Shown: positions 1-14,607 of the stretch, in pieces
How positions within the stretch are numbered: position 1 is the stretch's first letter
How the letters are laid out: each line of letters opens with the position of its first letter
Source: Macrostomum lignano
Lineage: Eukaryota
Assembly: GCA_002269645.1 (NCBI GenBank)
Contig: NIVC01000782.1
Location: 1-64,000 of the forward strand
Direction: 5' to 3'
Length of the DNA stretch: 64,000 nt
The notes under the pieces: generated by a model
Seen by the model: the letters and a program-made list of their open reading frames with translations, nothing else
The model's database searches: none
Told to the model about the DNA's origin: nothing
Position numbers and translations under genes: made by a program

Positions 1-507
1 TGAACAACGAAGATTTGATAATAGGTTCTGCCTCAATAATTCTCGTGACGTTCCAGCAGGATCCATGGCTCATTGCTCTTGAGTTAGGCTTGCAGACAAA
101 ATATATTCTGCTTCACCGGGCCTGCTTGCAATCATATTTTGTTCTCCGCTCACCAAAAAAGAGTTATCCCCGCAAGTATTTTGCATTGTTTCTGAGCTAT
201 CCAACGCATCACAGAGTTTTTCATCAGCTTGATTGACAGGTGAATATATGAATTGACGAATTAGAACTAGCTGAATGAGGAACTATATAGAAAGCAGTAT
301 ACCACTTGAGTACAAGACAAGCATTCCTCGCATGAAGAGACAGGTGGCAAAGTAGCGAGGACATCATTCCCAAAGGCTCAGTGTCTTGGCATCTCTGATT
401 GGCTGCAGTGGTACGCCAATGAGCCGCTAATTTCACTGTTTATCATGCAACGCAAGTGGTAGGTTGCGACAGAAATCGCTGGTTGATCAAAATAAATCTA
501 CGAAACA

Positions 508-1612
508 ATGGCTGCTAATCTTATACTGCTGCTGATTCTGTTCTGGTTGACTGCCGAAACGTCGGCCAACAACTGCTCGGAGAGTAATCGGGTTCGATTC
601 AAAATCGTGCCAACTTGCCCGGAAAATTCAACCATTGCTCTGCTAAAAAAAGTCCAAGATTTCGATCGTAGAAGAATGTGCTTTGGTGTGTGGACTCGAT
701 AGCAACTGTTCTGTCATCTTCCGAAGTGAAGACGGCATTTGCTATTTAGGAAACAGCCAACAAGCTAGTGAACTTATCTCAACGTCGAATTCGTCCATTC
801 CAACCGTTTGTAAAGTCCTTGTCAAAGTTTCCAACAACGGAGATGCACTGATAACAACTGAAACAACTGTAGCCCCTGTGACGACAACTCTGAGTCAATC
901 TGCGGCCACAACAATCAATGCGGCAGTCCAGGGCCTGGGCACTCTGGCCTCAAAGCTGGTCATCCTGTTCGACTTCAGGCAGGGCTACACAAACCTTGTC
1001 AATCCTGCAAAGTACGCCGCCAGTCCCCACGGTGCCGTCAGTCAAAACGGCGAGGGAGTCACCTTCCCTGGTGGAAACAATAACGATTATATCGAAGTTG
1101 ACACCGATGGTAACACCCTGGCGTCTACTTATCTGAGTCACCCGAACTCGTTCACGTTCTACGTGAGACTCATGCGAAACGACCCAAACCACCAGACCTA
1201 TCACTACTTTCATGACTGTTCCACGTCGGCTCTTAATCGGGGAGAGTTCAGCGACAACGGAGGACGACTTCGGGTTGTGCATGCCTTCCCAGCTGCCGCA
1301 AACCAAAACAATTACCAGTTGCTTCGCGAATCAATCAGCAATGTGTTTTTGAACGATAATAGTTTACAACCGGCTTCTGTGGCAGCCGTGTTTGTTGGCA
1401 ACACCCTGAGCAACTTCTACAAAGATGGCGCGTTTCTGCAAACTCCTAACACTCAGTCCAGCACTTACTCTGGAGCTCCGCTTTGCCTGCGTCTGGGCTA
1501 TCATAGCAGTTCATCTCACGCCCTTCGGGGTCGCTTCATCTGCTATGCCGTCGCCAAGGAGGCTCTTACAGTCACTGAGCTCCTGCAGTTGGAGAACTTG
1601 TGCGGAACTTGA
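508..1612 (+). CDS. Secreted PAN/Apple + Thr-rich linker + LamG/ConA-like protein, broken by a 1-nt frameshift (sequencing error or young pseudogene)
   Basis: ORF 508-702 gives a signal peptide (MAANLILLLILFWLTAETSA). Removing one A from the A7 run at 645-651 joins it to ORF 683-1612 as ...LLKKSKISIVEECALVCGLDSNCSVIFRSEDGICYL (PAN C-x3-C-x5-C...C), then TTETTVAPVTTT, then LVILFDF...YIEV...SFTFYVRL...LRLG...LRGRF...ALTVTEL (LamG-3-like). About 367 aa, single exon. Confidence 0.75.
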
Positions 1613-3543
1613 CATCCGAATGCAGCAGAGGCACAAAAATTGTTGCTTTACTAACGAGTAAAACTGAAAAGCTTTTTGTAGTTGCCTTTTAGGCTTCAAT
1701 CTGCTTTACTTAACAAATCAGACACAAAGCCGGAACTATATGAGCAACCATCCTGTGTTGCTTCTTGGTCAAACAAAGTTACTTTTAAGATCTACATCCT
1801 ACGACCTTGTAAGAGAAAATTCGAATAAATTTTTCCTTCCTGGAAAATACTGAAGGTTTCCTTTCTTCCTTTTATCTTCAGTTCTTTTAGTTATTGAGCT
1901 GCTGGGAGCAATGGGGGATAAGTTTGTTCGTCGATTTTACGGGATCAGAAGAAACTAACAATGAAGTTCAACTGTGAAGCTCATAAATCAATAGCACTCT
2001 TTCCACCCTTGGAATTGGTAGGCAATAAGCTTTCCAGCTGAGCTTAAATGACAGAGAGAATATTCTGTGTATTCCATCCCATTCCATTGCAATTGAGCCT
2101 TCGTGGTCCTTGACAACGGCTGGACCGGAGACCATCAGAGGCACCTTAGCAGCTAAGAAAGGTGAATAAAGAGCTTTGAATCTTTGCCCGCAGGCCCCAA
2201 AGGTACATAAAAATGCCTTTTATGATAAGACATGATGAGCAGCTATTCTTTCAAGCCAAGAAGTCCTCAATTCTCTTTGTACAAAACAGGACGGAAAATG
2301 TGAATACGATGCGAGCCAAAATGATATATCCACTGTTACTAATATCGGTTCCAATACGAGGCATTAAAACCAATTTCAGGGATGTTTACAAGGCTTGGAG
2401 TCAAACTATTAATCCCGTTCGTGCATTGATTCTCACAACCAGCGCTGAGTCAATTCTGGTTATTCCTTGTCACACTCTCTATGCCTTGGGGGTTGGCCAA
2501 CGAGCATCAAAGACGGAAAAGATGAGGTTAAAGAAGCATCAAAGCTGATCTATTTTCAGGTTTTTCTCAAGTATCTCCTATCTTCGACCTTCGACCGATG
2601 CGAATTCTCTACACTGTACGAGCTACTTGAACTTGAAACTTCACAAGGTCAAAACTTCATAAACAACCGGCTGCCGTCACCTGTTTTCACTGAATCCTTC
2701 TTAATCGTTCTCGTATTGCATTGTTAGCGGGGGTTCAAATAGTTATAGACTTCAGTACATTGGTTTGGATCTGACCGCAGCTGCACCAATAAAAAACCTG
2801 TACCCGAGATCTGACGCTTTTGTCGGCCTCGAATCCGCTTATTATTGACCTTGTGCGATCGTATTTGTTTTTTTAAATTGGAAAGATTTAAATTTCTGTC
2901 GATACTAACAGGCCTCAGTAATTAATTAATTTAATTAATTAACATCTTAAGTAGAAATAAATATTAAATTCTTTTGCCAACGCACCTCTTCGTGACATGA
3001 AATGTCAGCAGCCAGAGGAAAACTGAAAAGCAGCAATATCGCTGCGTCGAGTAACCGAAAATTGAATAATTTAGCAAGCTTAATTGAGTTCAGTCCTCCA
3101 CTAGCAAGAGAAAAATGACAAAAAACGCGCTAAAAAAATTCATCACGAAGCAGGAATCTTTGTGTGAAACAACGGACTGCTGGTAAACAACCTCAATAAT
3201 TCATATGTAAAAAAACTCTCTCTTCGTGTAACAATCTCCACAAAAAACAATCGGACCAACCTGAAAAGAATTGCGGCTCAAAGTTACACGTAACCGGTTT
3301 AGAAAACATATATGAAAAATCAGTCAAAAAAGAGAACGACACAGTGCAAAGGGAAAAGCTCCACCAGAAAAAAATTCAGAAAGATCGCATCAGCTTGCAG
3401 CAGCAAAACAACAGAAGTAATAAAAAAGCAGCAAAAATTATGGAAAATTAACAAAAATACTTCTTGGGCACGTCAGACCTAGCAAAACGCTCAAAACTAA
3501 GGTTTACAATCAGTTTTTCTGTCATAGTCTCTGCCACAATCAG

Positions 3544-5700
3544 TTACTCAGTTCTTACTGTCTCAATGACACACAGCTCAGACACAGGCCACACCAGCAC
3601 AGCCTGACCGAGTTGAACCTTGGCCACTCGCACGCGACCGTCTTGACCCGGGAAGACCGAAACCACTCGTCCTAGCGGCCAGTGACCTTGAGGTGCGTCG
3701 GGCTTGACCACCAGCACTACGTCATCTACTTTCAAGCTTCTCTGCTGTTCGATCCACTTGGACCTCGGCTGCAGGCCGGGTAGCCACTCTCGCATCCATT
3801 GTCAAGAGATCCTACGCCCGTCGCCTAAGCTTTGTTGGATTGATCGCTACATCCTCCAATCAGCAAATGATTGGGTGTTGACTGTGCCTCGTCCATCGGG
3901 TTAGCCGTCTGGTACGTGATTGGGCGCGAGCTAATAAGCGTCTCTGCTCCGGTGATCGCTGAATGCAACTCCTCATCGTTAACATCCACGTTGCCGAGGA
4001 TCGCGCTCAGTTCCCGATTTTTTGTGAGGATCATTATTTCATGAGCTCCAACAAAATGCGGTGCTGCCGGCAGCTGAAAGCTCCATCTCACTCCATGCAT
4101 TGCTGTCTGTTTCTGCCATTTGGCCTTGTTCACACTCTCCAGCTTTTTGAGCTCCTCGTCTCCTCTTACGAAGTTTCCACCGTTGTCCGAGTACATGACC
4201 TTTGACAGTCTCGACGGTTGCCCATTCGGAATAAAACATTAAAGACGAGTCAGTGTCGAACCGAAGGTCATCTCTAAATGCACAGCGCGTGTCTCAAGCC
4301 ACGTGAAAAGATCAATTGACTCGCCTTTGAACAATCGTGAACGACCTCCCATGTCAACAGCCACGTCAACCGCGTGAATGCTTTGAGTGAGAACGCAAGA
4401 CGCGCCTCTGGCAGCGGTGCCATCTTCTGCGTTGCGGGACGTGCTCGAGCTCCCACTGACGAATCGCTTCTCTGGCTCCGATGATCCAATACTTTGATGC
4501 AATCGCGGCCAAGACATCGTTTGTGCCTCTTTGTGCTCGCTCCTCATGAAATTTCTTGATCAGCAGCTTAGTCATCCGATCCAGTGCTTTCTCGGCAGAA
4601 TCGCTGGGTGTCTCGCCTCAAACGGTAACTGCTGTCCGAACTTCAGGCGACCGTCGACTTTCACATTCCAGACGGATCCATCACGGGCTGCAAGCAGTGC
4701 AGCTTCTTGTCACCGCAGCCTTTGTCGGGTGAATGCTTTTATCCTGTGCGGATTTCACGAGCTGTTCTTCCACATCTTCCAAACTCGTCCGTCTACAGCT
4801 TGCCGCTCTCTCGAAACCCTGGACTTTTCCGCCAGTTCCTCACAAGAAGCGCAGCACATAAGCCATGACTCGCTGCAGTCTTTTGAAGTCAGAGAATAAA
4901 GTTGGTTCCAATCACCATCCTTTGTCCGTTGTCTCCGCTTCCGCGACGAATGTCAACTCCTGACGCTGCTCCATGGCGACCACACCTTTACGCCTCTTGG
5001 AAGCCTCTGCGTCCTCCGGCATTAATGGAATCCATATCTCCGGCCAACATTCTTCATTCTGCTACAGCAACTCTGGTCCTTGGAACCACAATCGCAACTT
5101 CGGCAACTCGGAAGCACTGCAGCCTCTGGAGACAATGTCCGCTGGATTTAAATTTGTCGGCAGGTATCTCTACTGCTGAATCAGTGCGATTCGGTGGGCA
5201 ACAAACAGCTTGACCGCACGGCTCCGGTTTCATATCCATTACAGGACGTTCTGACTATCGGTCCTTCCGAGACTATCTGGACATGGACATCCAGAGCCTC
5301 GGCGATTGTCTTGGTCAGCAGAACTCCCAGCACCACGACCATCAACTCAAGCCACAAGACGCTGACAGTCAATAGCGGGGCTATCTTCGACTTTTAGGCT
5401 ACGAAGCTCAGCGTTACTTCCTCATCCATATTGTGGCCTCGGCATTAGACTACAGCTCCGTACGCATCTTGAGAAGCGTCCATGAAAGTGTGCATATTCG
5501 CTTGACCGCCTTATGGATTCAGACTTCCTGAAGAACTGAAAGTTCGCTCATCCATTAGGATGCCTTCTCCGCGCGCCATCTTCGAATCGATCGGCTCGTC
5601 CCAGTCACATTCCGTGCCGCAAAATCCCCTGAAGCATGATCTTCCCATGACATGAAGCTTTTAGGAAACAGCATGAATCAAACACACCGGCACGTAGAAC
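3544..5700 (-). mobile_element. Degenerate BEL/Pao LTR retrotransposon pol (RNase H, integrase, C-terminal DUF5641-like)
   Basis: Minus-strand fragments: CDWDEPID and MHTFMDASQDAYGAVV (RNase H region), KYWIIGAREAIR (integrase Zn region), MYSDNGGNFV (integrase core), WPLGRVVSVFPGQDGRVRVAKV (BEL/Pao C-terminus). Many stops and frameshifts. Confidence 0.9.
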
Positions 5701-7917
5701 ACAGTAGATTTGCATGTAGAGTTGTGCGAAAACTGTTCTAATGCAGTTCATATAGAATCCTAAATTGTGTTACCTGACACTGAACAAGCCATCTACCGGA
5801 AGTTACAAAAACTGGAGATCAAAGCTTAGAAAACTGTGAATAGTGTGACAAAGAATATAATATCATGCAATTAACTCAGTTAAAAAGCACAAATCTATGT
5901 AAAAAGTTGCATTTGCGACTTAATCAGAGCAGAAAAGTATGAGAATGCGTTATTGCAAGATCAATATTTTATTGGACTAATTCAATAAAGCCTAAAAACC
6001 TAGCCTAAAAAAGAGAAAGATAAGAATTAAAAAAAGCTATTGCTTCATGCGACTGTGTCTGTGTCTATGCGTTGTGTCGCCGAAATGAGTGTCAAAGATC
6101 CAGTGTGGGTTTCTTCTTCAGTCGTTGTCTCACCGTAAAATCTGTACAATGTTTCTATAAGGCATCGGTGACTCATGTATCTATGAGAAGCTGCTTTCCT
6201 GATAAAATAAGCCAATCCTCTAAAACACAAATAAAAATTGACATATTTTATTATTTTTTCTCGGAAATACGCAATACGTCAGTAAAATACTTTAAAATCA
6301 AAGCATATCGTCTTTCGGCTTTTTAGAGTCAAAATCTCAGCAAGAAATCGGTTCACACACAATTTTAAAACTGATTTGATCAATCTTAAATCTATTGAGC
6401 AGTCTTTTATAATTAAAGTTAATTAGGCGGCACAGAATGTCTACAGAATACTCAATAAGTGTTTCTAATACAACAGGAATTCAAATTCGCGCAGCCTACT
6501 TATGTTGTTCAAATTCTGAGTAGTACAAATTAAATTTATGAAACTTTATGAAAATTCTCAATTCTCATCATTTTAGGTGAACAGCCTGGCTATAGAAAAT
6601 CAATGAAAAAAACTGAATTAATGTAAGAGCTCTTGTAGCAGTCAATGTAGAGGAAATAAACTAAGGAAATAAGCCATAAAAACAGAACAAACCAAAACCA
6701 ACCATCTTATTTCTTCAAGAAATTCTCCTTCGACTCTTGCATCGCAAGAGTCAGGCTTGCTTTTATTTCTGATGGAGAGATCCAGACTCTCACTCAGAAA
6801 CATAAATAAAGTCTCCATTTGCTTCACAGCAGAAACAACTTCATCACAGGGTGTATGCTAGCCTTTTATCCTCTACATTGTCCTCACTGCGCATCTTCTC
6901 AATTGTGCCACATCAGTGTGAGTGACTTCAGCACCAACTTCACTTAGCAGCACATGCCCAGCCTTTTCAGCAGAAACATCATCATGCTTGCAAGTAGCAA
7001 GCATTTCTGGAGCTTTTTTGACTGAAGTAGACTTTTTTCCCATTGTCATTCGCGCAGGTCTTATAGTTAAAGCTACTGTCAAGAAACTGATTGGCAGCTA
7101 TCGATCTGAAAGCAGAAGCTGCCTCTCTGCACTCAAGACAATCGTTGAAGCCTTCTCTTCTCCAGCTGCTAAAGTTGCTTTTGTTGGTCCTTGGGCCGCT
7201 AAAGGGGACAACGGAGGCTGCAACCCACCCCTTATGAGCAAAGCGCATTGTCATTTCCCGCTCTAAAGAGTCAGAGGCCCCGCCCAGATGACTGGGAGAG
7301 CTTCCCCAAGCTCTGGAGTTGCCTACAGCCGAAGATGGAACTCTGTCTAGTCTAGCGCTGCACTAACTAGAGGACTTTTCAGCTGGGGATTGTACAAACA
7401 CACAATTCACATTTTTTACTGTATTAAATATGAGTATTTATATTGCCACAAAAACGACTTCAATCACCCATACAATTCAATGCAATGCAGGAACACCAGA
7501 AAGATTAGAAGCTGGCTTGCATTTTTCGGCCTTTTAGAAAGCTGGGATTTTTCAAGACCTCTGAACAAAATGGAAACATCTGAACTGCACTGAGTAGATT
7601 TGCATTCGAAGAAGATATTTTGTCCATCCTAACCGCGAAAGAAAGCTGTGGAGAGGTTTAACGTAATTTTTTTTCAAAGAAATATACTTCGATGGCATTC
7701 TGAGGCCGCTTAAGATCCATGCGGCTAACAAACAACACACACAAACAAGCAATGCAAAAGAAAAGTACAGCTACAACTAAACCATTGAAACATGATGATC
7801 GGGAGTCTTAGTCCTGACTTTACGCATCGTATTTTTGTACATGATCTTACGAGTATATAAATTGTAATTCACGTAAGTTACCAAAGCCCCCTTAGCTCAT
7901 TAGAATGCTTCTATTAG

Positions 7918-8443
7918 AATATCGGATTAATAAAGAACCCTGAAAACATGTCGCTCAACTTCTGCAGCGACCTCTGCTCTCTGGGCGGCTTCCCCTACTT
8001 TGGAGTGCAAAGCACGAAGTTCTGCTTCTGCGGCACAAGCTACGGATTGCATGGAAAGCTTGGCGAGAGCCACTGCAACAAGCAGTGCGCTGGAAACTCG
8101 CTGCAGACTTGCGGAGGTTTCGCCATCAACTCCGTGTTCGCTTTGACCTATCCGAGTAAGTTGAAAACGAATAATTTTGCACCTACGTGTAATTAGGTGT
8201 CACGAATATAAAAAATTATCTAAAACATAATCTGAATCTGATCCTCACTGTGGTGACCAGCAAGACCTCGTCCTGGCCGGCTCCTACCACATCCGTCATG
8301 GACTGCCTGGCCCAGTGCAGCGCCAAAGCCGACTGCCAGGCCGCTGTTTTCTCCAGCGGCTGCTCGCCGGCCACCTGCTGGCGTTCGCCTACCCGCCAGG
8401 CAGCCTGACCGGACCCGACTGGACTCTCTTCGTGCTCGGCTGA
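7918..8443 (+). pseudogene. WSC-PAN paralog A: 5'-truncated, divergent, probably frameshifted
   Basis: 7918-8155 encodes the C-terminal two thirds of a WSC domain (MSLNFCSDLCSLGGFPYFG...CFCG...CNKQCAGNSLQTCGG...NSVF). Phase-1 donor GTAAGT at 8156; an acceptor at 8195-8196 restores the frame into DCLAQCSAKADCQAAVF (PAN). The paralog-like ending HLLAF...DWTLF lies in a shifted frame. No signal-peptide exon found. Confidence 0.65.
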
Positions 8444-8709
8444 GTGCCCGGAACAAACGGCTGTTATCAGCAAATCTCCACCTAAAGATTGACAACCTAA
8501 CTATTTTGCCTTGTTGTGTCACTGATTTTTTTAACTATGATATGTAACTTCAACCCTAGTATGTTAATGGAATATATCGTCTCAAAGAAACAAACAAGCT
8601 CTAAATATTCAATTTTGCATCAGGCGTGGTACAAATATCTGTTTGAATACGCCTCAGATTTCAGAATTGGCTGAATTCTTAGCAGCCTTATGGCTTTTTG
8701 GTATGGAGT

Positions 8710-9701
8710 AGCAGTGTCGGAGATGCAGGGAAAGAGCAGTGTCTGAGATGCTAGGGAGCAGTGTCTGAGATGCTAGGGAGCAGTGTCTGAGATGCAGGTA
8801 GGGAGCAGTGTCTGAGATGCAGGAAGGGAGCAGTGTCTGAGATGCTAGGGAGCAGTGTCTGAGATGCAGGTAGGGAGCAGTGTCTGAGATGCAGGAAGGG
8901 AGCAGTGTCTGAGATGCAGGTAGGGAGCAGTGTCTAAGATGCAGGGAAGGGAGCAGTGTCTAGGATGCAGGGAAGGGAGCAGTGTCTAAGATGCAGGTAG
9001 GGAGCAGTGTCTGAGATGCAGGGAAGGGAGCAGTGGCTGAGATAGCAGTGTCTGAGATGCAGGTAGGGAGCAGTGTCTAAGATGCAGGTAGGGAGCAGTG
9101 TCTTAGATGCAGGTAGGGAGCAGTGTCTAAAATGCAGGTTGGGAGCAGTGTCTGAGATGCAGGTAGGGAGCAGTGACTGAGATGCAGGGAGGGAGAAGTG
9201 ACTGAGATGCAGGTAGGGAGCAGTGACTGAGATGCAGGGAGGGAGCAGTGACTGAGATGCAGGGATGGAGCAGTGACTGACATGCAGGTAGGGAGCAGTG
9301 TCTGAGATGCAGGGAAGGGAGCAGCGTCTGAGATGCAGGTAGGGAGCAGTGTCTGAGATGCAGGGAAGGGAGCAGTGTCTGAGATGCAGGGAAGGAGAAG
9401 TGTCTAAGATGCAGGGAAGGAGCAGTGTCTGAGATGCAGGGAAGGAGAAGTGTCGGAGATACAGGGAAGGAGAAGTGTCTAAGATGCAGGGAAGGGAGTA
9501 GTGTCTGAGATGCAGGGAAGGGAGCAGTGTCTAAGTTGCAGGGAAGGGAGCAGTGTCTAAGATGCAGGGAAGGGAGCAGTGTCTAAGTTGCAGGGAAGGG
9601 AGCAATGTCTAAGATGCAGGGAAGGAGAAGTGTCTAAGATGCAGGGAAGGGAGCAGTGTCTAAGATGCAGGGAAGGAGAAGTGTCTAAGATGCAGGGAAG
9701 G
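8710..9701. repeat. Minisatellite, 21-25-bp unit (GGGAGCAGTGTCTGAGATGCAGGTA), ~40 copies
   Basis: Directly visible tandem array, with GGTA-type units giving way to GGGAA-type units. Confidence 0.95.
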
Positions 9702-10041
9702 TGCAGGGATCCTTTTCAATGGCAGTGCAGTGTCTCTCGTTAAACATTGTTAAACAAAAGCATCCCAGAATCCTTTGGGCATCTCTGCCTACTGTCATTA
9801 TTACCTAACTAGCTGGCTGAGTCTTCTTCTAGAAGTGGTTGTGCTAGCCCACCCCTTTGAATCCCTCCGTGTGTTTCCTGACAACGCGGATCTCCAAAGC
9901 TACACGGGGGCCTTGCTGTTGATTAGCATTGAGAGAGAGAGAGCTTTTGCTAATTAACAGGCACCCGACGCTATTCTTTTTTTCTGAAATTTACGTTGAG
10001 TGTCGCGCGCGCCAGCTATAGGATCGGGAGCAGCAGCAACG

Positions 10042-10633
<592 letters not shown>

Positions 10634-11799
10634 ATTCTTACTATACAAGTGCTTCTGTCACTGTTTTCTTATTAATTTCAGCTGATCTAGACCACTACTT
10701 CAGGATCTGAAGGATCTGAGGCCCCGCTGGCGCACCCATGTTCAAAGTGGTATCTTTTTATAAATGCTAAACTTTTTTTATAAAAACTGTAAGAGTTCCC
10801 TTCATAGATTCTTTTCATAGCTACTCTTCATTAGGCGGTCTCCCCATGTCCTTGAAAATGAAAAAAATTGAGACTGAGTTTGTCTGAATGAAGCTGTGAA
10901 TCTGAGTGGGGATAGTCGAGATTGCACTTTCCAAAGCAAACTAAATGTAAGAGACAAAGTCAGAAGCAGTGGTCTGATGTTTATAATTCTTTTTCTGGTC
11001 AGTTCTCTAAGATTTGTTTTTTTTCGTTAGAAAAGAAAAAACGTTGGAAAATCATTCTTTCAGCGTTTCATTTTAAATTTAATTTGCGGCATCCCTTTCT
11101 GTTACGAACTTTAAATTAGTTTGCATTTGGTTCAGAACTGTTTTTTTAATTGGCTTGAGCAATATGCGATCCGTATAGAGCTGGGTATCAGGGAGGGAAT
11201 GGTGGCTTTCTGATTTCAACTGCTGACACTTCTCAAGAATTTCGCCCTCATAAAATATCATCAATGTGTGACTGGTACTTTCCTTTTTGTGGTGTGTTTT
11301 GTGTGTGGGCTGCCCTGTAAAAATTTCTTGCGCGACCAGAGTATTAAAGCTTTATCAAAGATTTCCTTGTTCAAATTTATCAAGGGGAGCGCAATAAAAG
11401 TTCCAACTGTACTTGAACAGTTTTTAATCCGAGAAGCTATCGAAATTTTCTAACAGAAAAGAATTTACGACGCAAAATCTGAAAACCGCAAGTTGACATC
11501 TCTTAGAAAATATTATCATCTTCATCTACTTTACTTGTTTGGTTATTGTTTTGGTTCTGCTGGTCAAGTGTGTTGGGCTAAACATTAAAATGTTTATCTT
11601 GAAGAAAAAAAAAGTACTGAAATGGCTCAAAACCATACTAAAGTACATAATGCATGAATGAGTGAATTAGTTGCATATTCCGTTTGTAGCTCGCTGCTAG
11701 TGATACGATAGCATGTAATATTGATACAACATGAAACTATTTTTGAAGATTGGAAGAACTACTACTTTTTAAGTTAATTATTTAAACGTTCGGTAGAAT

Positions 11800-11906
11800 T
11801 TCATCCACACCTACCCAGCCTCACAGCTTCATCAAGACCCACTCAGCCTCACAGCTTCATCCAGACCCACTCAGCCTCACAGCTTCATCCAGAACCACTC
11901 AGCCTC
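11800..11906 (-). repeat. 28-bp stop-codon minisatellite of gene B (~4 units including the coding unit)
   Basis: Reverse complement of GAGGCTGAGTGGGTCTGGATGAAGCTGT repeated. Confidence 0.9.
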
Positions 11907-12637
11907 GCTGGCCACCTCGGCGGGCACACCGACGAATCTCAGCAGGCGGCACATGCGGCTCGAAGTCTCAAAGGCGCAGCCCTGACAGTCCAGGCTGGTT
12001 TGGCAGTTGATGGCGCACTCGGTAGGGCTTCTGGCAGCAGCACTGCGGTGAGTTGTTGAATTCGGAAAGCTTGAGATGCTGGGAATCGCTGCGACCTGCA
12101 GCTGCGTCATGGTGTCCTTGACTGTTAGTGGGTAATCGTAGAGGAATAAATATTCATTTCAATAACTTTGAGTCACAAATTAGCCTTTAAATGATAGGAC
12201 ATCAAGACTTCGGTTTACATACCGTGAGAGTAGAATATTTCATAGACAGAGTTTTTGCCCATTCCTCCGCACTTCTGAGAAGAGTTTCCTGTGCAAGACG
12301 TTGAGCAATCGCTCTCCGCCGCTCTACCAAGTCTGCCGTAGGCGGAGCCGCAGCAGCAGTAGTTGCTCCGCTGGGCACCGAAGAATTGAAATCGACCGAT
12401 GGCGCAGATTTGAGCGCACATTTCTAGCGTCATCTCTGCGTTAACTACGAAGGCCAAGTTCAGGACATCGATTTTGTAAGTTCCAAAGCTGGCGATACCT
12501 TGCAGTTCGCTCATGTCTCGGTTGCTGTTATCTCCGTCCGCATAGCAACCAAGGTAGCGAACTCCCAGCAGTTGGGGCGTCAGCATCGCCGAAACGCAGC
12601 CGGTAAAAGCAGTCAAAATCAGCACTGTTGGCGACAT
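11877..12637 (-). CDS. WSC-PAN secreted protein, paralog B (219 aa)
   Basis: Exon1 12637-12223 (signal peptide + WSC: RYLGCYADG...MTLEMCAQIC...YCCCG...CSTSCTGN...CGG...NSVY), GTATGT donor, CAG acceptor, phase 1. Exon2 12121-11877 (245 nt; ECAINCQTSLDCQGCAFETSSRMCRLL...EAEWFWMKL*). Confidence 0.9.
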
Positions 12638-13186
12638 GGTCTAAGCGTACAGAAATAAGATGGTACAACGCCTCCTTTTCAGAGCTTCCTAACGAAAACT
12701 CCCTCAGGACGCAGTGTATTAAATATTTCCACAGACTCAAGTGCTGCCCCATCAACCATCAGGCTTTTGAGTTTGTTGACAATATTTCAACCGTTTTTCT
12801 GCTTTCTAATCACACCATTGTCCGTCAAATAGCTCATACTGAAGATTCTGCGTGAGTATGCAGAACAACTTCAGGGTTCTCAAGGATCTCTTTCTCAATG
12901 GCGATCCGTTTGACTGACGAGTTCAATGACTGAGAATTAGTGGTAAGTGACGCACCACTCGGTTATCCTCGATACGGTTGTGTTTTGCTACAATAAACAT
13001 ACAACTTACTGGCTGTAGTGGCGTATCGACACAGGTGCGAGGAGCCCATGAAAAAATGTTTGCTCCTCCAAAAACTAACTTAATGAAAGAGGTAACCAGT
13101 AGCTCGATAAATGACAGGAGCTCAGTTTTCCTCCTCTTTTGAGATCTGGCATCCAATGGCCTGAAAGACAGGGTGAAACAAGAGAC

Positions 13187-13273
13187 AAGAGACAGCGGCG
13201 CCCCACCAAGAGACAGCGGCGCCCCACCAAGAGACAGCGGCGCCCCACCAAGAGACAGCGGCGCCCCACCAAG
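13187..13273. repeat. 21-bp tandem repeat x4 (CAAGAGACAGCGGCGCCCCAC)
   Basis: Direct. Confidence 0.9.
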
Positions 13274-14607
13274 CGACAACTTGCTCAGGTAGTCGCTCAA
13301 GAAACTGTATACTAAGCCATCTACCGTACTGATCCTGGGCATCACCTTTGACCAGCAGGTCCTGGGCGTCACTTTCAACCTGGAGATATTTACTACCTTG
13401 AAAACCATACTTTGATTCTACTTAAACTACTATGAACCGGCAAGACCAGCTGAAAGTCCTGCAGAGATCTCAGAATCTCACATTTCTCCCGGAAGGGCAT
13501 GTACGAGCCTATTTAGGTGTTGTGAATTCATTATCAATCAGCTGATGCTTGTGATGAGGCTAAACATTTCGGACCGAATTTCTAAGAATCTACCAAATGA
13601 ACTGCTTCTAACAGATCGAAACCGTTTTTTGTGAGGCTGACTCAGTGAGTGTCAGAAAACTCAAGTGAAAACGTCGTTTTTACTAAAATTACTAATAGAA
13701 GGTTATTGCATTGGAAATTATTTATATCATTGTACTCGTGCACAATTCTGAACCAACTTGTTATACACTGCAATGCTATTAATACATTATAGGATAAAAC
13801 CGGCATGACTATACATGAATCTGTAACTTTTGCACAAAGGAAAGTTGATGAGAGACAGGGAAGTTACAGTTAATGTAGATGAAAAAACGTGCAAAAAAGT
13901 ATACGATCGTGGCGTCACAGCGCAGACTCCGAGCTCCCTGCGGCGCAGGTTTGGCCAATTTTTTTGCGCTCACCTGTCTTATCCAAATCATTAACTGTAT
14001 CTCGAGGTTTTTCCTGGCTTGCCGTTCCATTCGCAGCAACTCCTCCGCTCCATCAGCAACACTGATTGACCCCACCATTGACAAATATTTGTCACTTTTA
14101 TACTTTGTTTGTTTGTTTGTTTGGGTTCGTCTAAAAGGTTACTGCAGTTATCGAGACAGGCATGGTAGTAGGTACGAGCGTCAAAGTCAGAAAATGTTTG
14201 TTTTAAAATAGTTCTGGTAAACAGTGCTATCAATTAAATCCATCAATCGTTCACAAACTTTATAAGCACACAGTTACTTCACTTAATGGGAGGCTGTCAA
14301 TCCTGGGCTAAACTCTGAGCTATTATTCTGCTATGAGTAAAAAATCTAAATGCTTTACGAGGTAGCTGCCGGCCGTGCCTGCCGATGGAGGGTTGTGGGA
14401 GTTGGCAGGCTCCCAGGTGGCAATGCTAGCACTCTTGCCATTGTTCGCCATTGCTTAAAAAATCACATTAAGACGTAAAACTGAAGCTATCAGCTCTATA
14501 CATATGAAGTTATCTCTGCCGAAGCCTATGTTTTGTCAGCTAGCTTTGAAACCAAGCTATGCCTCAATACACAGAGAAATGTTTTGTACAACCCGCTACA
14601 ATTAGTC

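Noticed and set aside
2990-3540. Possible 3' LTR of the BEL/Pao element
   Set aside because: No second LTR, PPT or clear TG...CA ends could be identified.
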